From assembly GCA_945861715.1 (NCBI GenBank), contig CAMAVK010000002.1:10440-74439 (forward strand): a DNA stretch of 64,000 bases, written 5' to 3'. A program made the translations under genes and the position numbers. Each line of letters opens with the position of its first letter. Position 1 is the stretch's first letter. Below, in pieces: positions 57,769-64,000 of this stretch. The DNA is from Candidatus Woesearchaeota archaeon (lineage in GTDB: Archaea; Nanobdellota; Nanobdellia; Woesearchaeales; GW2011-AR9). Under the pieces are notes generated by a model, which was given only the letters and a program-made list of their open reading frames with translations, had not been told where the DNA came from and searched no databases.

Positions 57769-59472
57769 TTAGACTGGATGGTCATGTCCAATGCGTTTGC
57801 GTTCGTTTAGGTGTTTTAAGTGGTCTACACGTTCCCTTTTGAGATCTAGTTTGTTTTTTCGGATGTTGGTTATCATGCTTGATACTTGTTCTCCACCAAG
57901 AAAATGTGGTAGTATAACATAATCGGCTCCATGTTCGTATAATTTTAGACTTTCATCGATAGTGGATGCGGTGACGAGGATTTGCGTTTTTTTGTTTACG
58001 GTGCGAATTTTTCTAATTAGGCGAATGTTATCCTTTATGTCTGGTATTGTTGATATAAAGATTTTTAATTTTGGGAGGTTCATATGCTCTATTACTTCTT
58101 CATCGGTTGCTTCTCCATACATGCAGTGATATCCTTGTTTTGCTACCATGTTGATTATTTCGGGATTGTAGTCTATTACAAGAACATCTTTTTTGATGTC
58201 ATGTAAATCACGCAGGATGCTATACCCGATTCTGTTGTGTCCGCACAGTATGACCGTTGGTTCAGGACCTATTGGACGGTATTCTGTTGTTTTTGTTGAG
58301 AATTTATCAAATATTTTCAATGGCTTTTCAAGTAGATTGAAGATGGATAGTGCGTTTGGTATGGTATACGAAGTAAGGACGATTGTTGTAAGGGTGACAA
58401 AAATTACAATTGAGAATAAATCTTGTGTGATGTGTCCTAGGAGAAGACCTTGGGATGCGAGGATGAGACCAAATTCTCCTACTTGTGCCAAACTACTTGC
58501 AACAAGAAAAGAGGGTTTTTTGGTATATCTGAAGAGTGAGCATACTAACATAGTAATGAGTGGTTTTACAAAAATAATTATGGCGATGAGACTGATAATT
58601 GCGAGCCACCATTTTTTTAAAACAACAAATGAAATCCCCATGCCTAAGGACACAAAAAACAGAAGTGAGAAAAAGTCTTTGAGGCTTTTTATTTTTCCAA
58701 TTATTTCGTGTTTATATTGAAGCGTTCCGAGGGTAAGGCCGCCAACAAAGGCGCCAACTGCTAGTGATAACCCAAGATATTGGAAGGAGATGGCAAAGAA
58801 AAAACATGTTGCAAGACTGGTTATAAAGAGGAGTTCTTGATTTTTTGCTGCTACGTTGAATAAACCAGGAAAGAGGTATTTACTTGCTAGATATACTGTA
58901 ATAAAGATTGCTGCGAATTTTGCTAATGCGATTAATAAAATATGATATGAAAATGTATTTACTGATGATAGAATTGTAAGCGCTAAAATAGCTATGATGT
59001 CTTCAGTGAGGAGAATCCCCGTTATTATTTTTCCATGCAATGTATTTAGTTCTCTGCGGTCCGAGAGGATTTTGAGGACAACCATAGTGGAGGAGAAACA
59101 GAGGATTAAACCAATATATGCAGCTTCCATACTTAAAAAACCTAGAATGAGTGCAATTGCAAAGCCAGTTATGAATAAAAGGGTGATTTGAATTGTTGCG
59201 CCGAGCGTTGAGATCATAGCGACATCTTTTAATGATTTAAGGTCCATTTCAAGGCCGACTAAAAAGAGGAGGAAGGCAACCCCCACTACTGACATTGATT
59301 GTATAATAGTTGCGTCAGTTATGAGGTGGAGGGCGGGAGCGATGATTATTCCAACTAATACGTAGGCGAGAATTGTTGGCTGTTTGAAGAGTCGAAGAAT
59401 GAGCGCGGTGACTGCGGTTACTACAATGATAATCCCTAATTGGGTAAATATATCATTTGCAACAGCTATCAT
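57769..59472 (-). CDS. CPA2 cation:proton antiporter with C-terminal TrkA-N (KefC-like)
   Basis: LKQP.ILAY, FLLFLVGLE, FSSTMVV, EDI, AQVGEF, GHNRIG, YGEAT. Confidence 0.92.
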   Translation of the reverse strand: MIAVANDIFTQLGIIIVVTAVTALILRLFKQPTILAYVLVGIIIAPALHLITDATIIQSMSVVGVAFLLFLVGLEMDLKSLKDVAMISTLGATIQITLLFITGFAIALILGFLSMEAAYIGLILCFSSTMVVLKILSDRRELNTLHGKIITGILLTEDIIAILALTILSSVNTFSYHILLIALAKFAAIFITVYLASKYLFPGLFNVAAKNQELLFITSLATCFFFAISFQYLGLSLAVGAFVGGLTLGTLQYKHEIIGKIKSLKDFFSLLFFVSLGMGISFVVLKKWWLAIISLIAIIIFVKPLITMLVCSLFRYTKKPSFLVASSLAQVGEFGLILASQGLLLGHITQDLFSIVIFVTLTTIVLTSYTIPNALSIFNLLEKPLKIFDKFSTKTTEYRPIGPEPTVILCGHNRIGYSILRDLHDIKKDVLVIDYNPEIINMVAKQGYHCMYGEATDEEVIEHMNLPKLKIFISTIPDIKDNIRLIRKIRTVNKKTQILVTASTIDESLKLYEHGADYVILPHFLGGEQVSSMITNIRKNKLDLKRERVDHLKHLNERKRIGHDHPV

Positions 59473-59617
59473 CGTGCTTGATTAGGTGTTTTGGGGTATA
59501 TAAATCTTGAGGGTTTTTTGGTTTTTGTTGATGTATTTTTGTTTTATTTTTTGGTTTTGTAATATTCTGGTGTGGCTGAAGATATATTTTTATCATTTTG
59601 TGGTTTATGGCTGATTT

Positions 59618-60826
59618 ATGATGGTTTTTTTTGAGGTGGTTGTGGCACTGTTATTAGGTTTTTTTTCAGGAATGATCACCGGTATTGCCCCAGGAATTCA
59701 CGTTAATTTAGTATCAGTGATTGTTGTAACGTTATCACCGATGTTATTGCAATACACAAGTCCACTTGCATTATCAGTGTTTATTGTAAGTTTAGGGATC
59801 ACTCATACTTTTTGTGATGGTATTCCGAGTATTTATTTGGGCGCACCTGATGAGTCAACTGTGCTTGGAGTATTACCTGGTCATCGGATGTTACGCGAAG
59901 GGCGTGGTCATATTGCACTTATGTTGCTTACATTTGGTTCGTATGCGGCGTTGCTTTTGGGATTAGTTTTGGTTCCTTTGTTTTTGTTTGGGATGCAAGT
60001 GATGCAGGGTGTTGTAACTGAGTGGGTTGGGTTTATTCTTGTGGCGATGGTGGTATATTTGATTTTTCGGGAAGGAGGGAAGTGGTTTTTTGCGCTGAGC
60101 GCTTTTCTTTTGTCTGGGTTACTTGGATTATTGGTCTTTCATATTGATGGTTTATCGCAGCCGCTTTTCCCATTGCTTTCGGGGTTGTTTGGAATTTCAC
60201 TTCTTATTGGTTCGATATCTGAGAATACAACTATTCCTGCTCAGAATTCAGATTCTTCTTTTGAAGTTGGTTGGGCAAAAGGAAGTAAGGCAATTGCGGG
60301 TGCTACGGGAATGGGGTATGCCGCGGCGTTTTTGCCTGGGTTTGGTTCGAGTCAGGCCGCTATTGTTGCAACAAAGGTAGTGGGAGATATTGGGGACGAT
60401 GGGTTTATGGTCTTAATTGGAGGAATTAATACTGCAAATACGTTGCTTAGTATTGTTGCTATTTATGCTATTGATAAAGCCCGTAATGGGGCAATTGTTG
60501 CGGTTAATACTTTAATGGGCGGGGTTGGTTTTTCAGAAATGTTACTCTTATTGTGTGTTGCGTTTATTGTTGGGTCGCTTGCAACAATTGCTACACTTCG
60601 TTTGTCTCGTGTTTTTGCGCGTTTTATTGGTAGGGTTCATTACCCTACTTTAGTTCGAGGGATAATTTTGTTTATTGTTTTGCTTGCGTTTTTATTTGAT
60701 GGTTTTGTAGGAGTGATAATACTTGCTACGGCGACGTCTATTGGGCTGCTTTGTTCTAAATGGGAAATCGGAAAAAATCATTTGCTTGGATGTTTGTTGC
60801 TTCCGGTGATATTGTATTTTCTTTGA
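59618..60826 (+). CDS. Archaeal TctA/DUF112-family membrane protein
   Basis: GIAPGIHVN, IPSIYLGAPD, VLPGHRML..GRG, PLLSGLFG, FLPGFGS. Confidence 0.88.
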   Translation: MMVFFEVVVALLLGFFSGMITGIAPGIHVNLVSVIVVTLSPMLLQYTSPLALSVFIVSLGITHTFCDGIPSIYLGAPDESTVLGVLPGHRMLREGRGHIALMLLTFGSYAALLLGLVLVPLFLFGMQVMQGVVTEWVGFILVAMVVYLIFREGGKWFFALSAFLLSGLLGLLVFHIDGLSQPLFPLLSGLFGISLLIGSISENTTIPAQNSDSSFEVGWAKGSKAIAGATGMGYAAAFLPGFGSSQAAIVATKVVGDIGDDGFMVLIGGINTANTLLSIVAIYAIDKARNGAIVAVNTLMGGVGFSEMLLLLCVAFIVGSLATIATLRLSRVFARFIGRVHYPTLVRGIILFIVLLAFLFDGFVGVIILATATSIGLLCSKWEIGKNHLLGCLLLPVILYFL

Positions 60827-60907
60827 TTGGGAGGTATATTTTAGATTTAAGAATTAAGAAATGTGTAATGGAGTTTTGAAAAAGTTAAGAAAATAAAAAA
60901 AATGGGC

Positions 60908-61213
60908 TTATAACAGAGTTCTGATGTTTTCAATATTACATGCAATGTCTTTTCCTTTTTTGGTTAATTCAAGGAGTTTTAAACGACCTTCTTTTTTAAA
61001 GTGGATGAGGTCAGCTTTTTGCATTTCTTGCAGAATCTTCACAACGTGTGAGTATGTGCAATCGATTTGCTTTGCTAGAACGGACGCATATACGTCACTG
61101 CTTGCATTTTTGAGTTCAACAAGCATCATAGCTGGTTTTTCTCGGAAAAATACGTCAAATATAACTTTTCTCTTATCTCTGTCTTTCAATTTGGTTGCAC
61201 CCCTCTGATTCAT
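60908..61213 (-). CDS. Winged-helix DNA-binding protein
   Basis: YASVLAKQIDCTYSHVVKIL...KEGR.K.LELTKKG. Confidence 0.85.
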   Translation of the reverse strand: MNQRGATKLKDRDKRKVIFDVFFREKPAMMLVELKNASSDVYASVLAKQIDCTYSHVVKILQEMQKADLIHFKKEGRLKLLELTKKGKDIACNIENIRTLL

Positions 61214-61530
61214 CCACCCCCCTCTTCTAAATGGCTGTTGCCAAACAGTGCTATTTAAAGCTTTACCATTTCAGATATATGCTTTCAACAAACTCATTTC
61301 CGCCTAATGGTTATAAAGGCAGTTTTTTGGTTGTGTTGTTATGGTATTCGCCTTTTTGTATCGCTGTTTGTTTGGCTGCGGATTAAATATGCCATTTGGA
61401 ACATGTATTTTGCAGTTGTTTTTCTTTTTAAAGGTTTGTTGCGGTTTTTATCGGTGTGTGTTTTGTTGTTACTTTTTTGTGTTTTTGTGGTGATAGAAGT
61501 GAAATGATTTGTGGTACTCTGAGGTGGGGG

Positions 61531-61684
61531 TGAAATAACGAAAAACCGTTCATTCGGGGCTAACTACGGACATTGTCCGTAGTTTTTACGCCCTCATATT
61601 TGAACGGTTTTTCGGAATTAGAAATGGTGGCGAAATTGATAAACGGACTTCGTCCGTGGTCTTAAACCATACACCATTTCTAAT
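61531..61684. ncRNA. Candidate structured RNA or palindromic intergenic element (two nested-hairpin domains)
   Basis: Perfect 14-bp stem 61539-52/61601-14 enclosing a 10-bp hairpin; perfect 13-bp stem 61617-29/61672-84 enclosing ACGGAC-TTC-GTCCGT. Confidence 0.5.
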
Positions 61685-61685
61685 A

Positions 61686-61739
61686 AGAAAAAAATAAAAT
61701 GTACTAATAATAGAAAATAAAAAATTAATTATTATCTTT
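61686..61739 (-). terminator. Oligo(T)-rich tract after the large ORF, archaeal-type terminator candidate
   Basis: Several T runs on the minus strand immediately 3' of the stop at 61740. Confidence 0.4.
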
Positions 61740-64000
61740 TTATCGTCTAGCTGCGGCTGGTCCACCGTCGGGTGTTCCTACGCCAGGTGTACCCCCTTCT
61801 CCGCCTAGTCCCGCGGGTACAGGTGCGTTTGCTGTTCCATCACAGCTGCAGTCGCCAGCGTCCTCAGCACAACGCATCGCTTCGCATTGTCTGTCCATGG
61901 TCATAGAACGTTGTAGTGCACCAGCATTGAGGCCGCAGCAATTAAGGCTTTGTTGTAATCTAGCTGCTCCGCGACCAGTTCCACCTGAGATTACTACTTC
62001 ACCTCCGCTACCACCCCTTCTTCCGCCACCAATACTGTCGGTTACGAATGCCATGCCGCCCATGTTTGCTGCACCGGAGTTTGCTGCCATACTTGATTCG
62101 CCACACCTAACTTGTGCACAGACACTGCCTTCTGAACCTTGACCGTTTGGTGAACTACAGGTTCCGGTTGTAATAAATAAATTGTTAACAGCACCTCCTC
62201 GCGCATTGTCTCCTTGTTGTGGTTGTCCAGCAACTCCTGCTCGTCCAGGTGCTTGTCCTTGTGCTGGGGGCCCACCTTGTGGTTGTGCTGCTCCTGCTGA
62301 ACATTGACCTGAATTAATTGCTTGTTGATTTGGTCCTGTGCAACTTGATGAACATGAATCTGGATCAGCACATGATGCTGCTGCTGGAGCTGGAGCTTTA
62401 GCGGCAGCTTCTCTATCTGCCTTGGCCTTTGCCTCTGCTTCTGCTTCTTTTTGTTTGACTTCATTATCAGTTGCGGGGGGTGTTGGATCATTTCCACAAT
62501 CCCCTGAACATTGTGTTGAACCGTCTTTATCAAATCGCCATGTTTGGTCAACCGGTGCTCCATTTCGTGTTGTTCTATCTTTAACTACAGTGTGGTCTAT
62601 TTCTCCATTTTTGAATATTACATTCCATGTTCTCTCTTCCTTCGTATTACCTGAGGTCTGCGTGTCTTTTGAGGTATAGCCGTATTTTGATTTTGACCAT
62701 ACTCCATCTCCACTACCCGCACTAAGCTCACATCCGCCTCCGAGTGGGTTTCCCCTCTGGGCTTGTGATTGTTGACGCATGCCTTCTGCACTTGCAAATG
62801 GATCTGCGGCTGGGCTATTCATGCCTGCTATTTGAGTGGTCATGCACTCCATTTGTCTGGCTGCGCCGTTTTGTGCGTTTTCTAAAGCGGCAACTTGTTG
62901 AGTAAAGAGGCTGGCCATACATCCATCATCTCCCATCATGGCTCCGAAGCCACCGTTTGATTGTGGGGTTGAACACATGGATTGCATAAGACTTTGTTGA
63001 CCTATGCCATTTTGGGCTGCTGCTCCTTGAGGTCCAGCTTGTTGCATCATATCTCGTTGACCTGGTTTTGCAGCTCCAGCTTGTTTGCCACCGGCTTGCA
63101 TCATCGCTTGGCCACCTGCTCCTCCCGTAGCACCAGCTCCACCACATGGACTTGATGGGCAAGTGTAACCTAGTTTTGCTCCTTGCGCGTCAAACGGTTT
63201 TGGGCCATTTGCGACCATATCACCTAATTGGCAAGAACCACTTCCTATTGATAGAAGGTCAACTGAGTCCATTAAGGTGCTTGGATTTGCACAATGTATT
63301 TCATCTTGTGCTTTACATATTTTTGCTCCCACTAATTGTCCCGTTACGCGATCGTATAGTGCTACTTTACTTGATGGGTAACCTTTACTTTGGATGGTTG
63401 TTTTTATTGTGTTTTTGTTTTCGGAGAGAAGTTTGTACATATCTGAGGCTGCACCTCGGTGTTTGTCTGCATCAAATATGAGAATATATACTGGGGTCAT
63501 TAATGTCAGAAATGATGATTTCGCTTCTTCTCGACCAAAACCTGCAAGTTGGTTTCCAACTGTAATGGATCCACTATGTAGACTTTTTGATAGTTTTGCA
63601 ACTTGTTTTTCGGAGAGGCACGCAGTTTGTCTTGCTATACCTTGAAGTGGTACCCAGCCTGCTTCGTCGATTTTATTTTTTGATTGCATAGAAGTTATTT
63701 CTGCGCAATAGTTGTAAATTAATTGATCTTTGATGATGTCCTCTTGGTTGCAATGTTGCGGAAGTCCGGTAATTTCAGTTCTGTATGTTCTTCCTAGTTC
63801 GTTTTCAAGGTGGGCTTGAAGAAGGATGCAGCCTAAGTTTACTTGTTCGGAGATGATGTTATTTTTGGAGAAATCTAATTTTGTACGTCCCAATTCACTC
63901 ATCATTGTCATTGCGGCTTGGTCTCGTTGTTGTTTTGCTATTGATCCACTTGGTCCATTCATGGATCGTACTTGGTCGTTTAATGTCTTTAATTCGGTCA
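61740..64000 (-). CDS. C-terminal part of a large Cys/Gly/Ala/Gln-rich orphan protein (5' end outside the window)
   Basis: Frame stays open upstream of 63962 to the window edge (TELKTLNDQVRS-M); many Cys clusters; richer in G+C than the flanks. Confidence 0.8.
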   Translation of the reverse strand, partial: TELKTLNDQVRSMNGPSGSIAKQQRDQAAMTMMSELGRTKLDFSKNNIISEQVNLGCILLQAHLENELGRTYRTEITGLPQHCNQEDIIKDQLIYNYCAEITSMQSKNKIDEAGWVPLQGIARQTACLSEKQVAKLSKSLHSGSITVGNQLAGFGREEAKSSFLTLMTPVYILIFDADKHRGAASDMYKLLSENKNTIKTTIQSKGYPSSKVALYDRVTGQLVGAKICKAQDEIHCANPSTLMDSVDLLSIGSGSCQLGDMVANGPKPFDAQGAKLGYTCPSSPCGGAGATGGAGGQAMMQAGGKQAGAAKPGQRDMMQQAGPQGAAAQNGIGQQSLMQSMCSTPQSNGGFGAMMGDDGCMASLFTQQVAALENAQNGAARQMECMTTQIAGMNSPAADPFASAEGMRQQSQAQRGNPLGGGCELSAGSGDGVWSKSKYGYTSKDTQTSGNTKEERTWNVIFKNGEIDHTVVKDRTTRNGAPVDQTWRFDKDGSTQCSGDCGNDPTPPATDNEVKQKEAEAEAKAKADREAAAKAPAPAAASCADPDSCSSSCTGPNQQAINSGQCSAGAAQPQGGPPAQGQAPGRAGVAGQPQQGDNARGGAVNNLFITTGTCSSPNGQGSEGSVCAQVRCGESSMAANSGAANMGGMAFVTDSIGGGRRGGSGGEVVISGGTGRGAARLQQSLNCCGLNAGALQRSMTMDRQCEAMRCAEDAGDCSCDGTANAPVPAGLGGEGGTPGVGTPDGGPAAARR

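Noticed and set aside
61553..61600. Hammerhead ribozyme on the minus strand (ATGAGGGC...GCCCCGAA)
   Set aside because: The CUGANGA core and the GAAA/NUH arrangement are not present

Overview
Chromosomal segment of an AT-rich archaeon, most likely DPANN (Woesearchaeota-like). Support for this: thermosome, Cdc6/Orc1, rpL35Ae, a Hel308-type helicase, HerA, NOG1 GTPase, a presenilin-type protease, TATA-box promoters, tRNAs with bulge-helix-bulge (BHB) introns, and many orphan membrane/surface proteins. Housekeeping genes include hisS, serS, mutL, a bacterial-type tgt, a Kef-type antiporter and DedA. Four tRNA genes were found by eye: two different tRNA-His(GTG), one intronless and one with a canonical intron plus a 58-nt D-arm insert that may be two nested introns; tRNA-Ala(GGC) with a T-loop intron; and tRNA-Thr(TGT) with anticodon-loop and T-loop introns. 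I saw no CRISPR array, integrase, transposase or rRNA. The most notable items are: a CarF/TMEM189-type ether-lipid desaturase in an archaeon; the multi-intron tRNA-His and its intronless partner next to hisS; a PRTase-like + SLOG gene pair whose first gene is bracketed by a 17-bp direct repeat; two highly structured intergenic elements sharing TGAAATAACG; a Hel308 lacking its ATPase domain; two genes broken by single in-frame TAA codons; a truncated large Cys/Gly-rich orphan protein; and a strong G/T versus A/C strand bias. All protein calls are from motif recognition only; no database searches were run.
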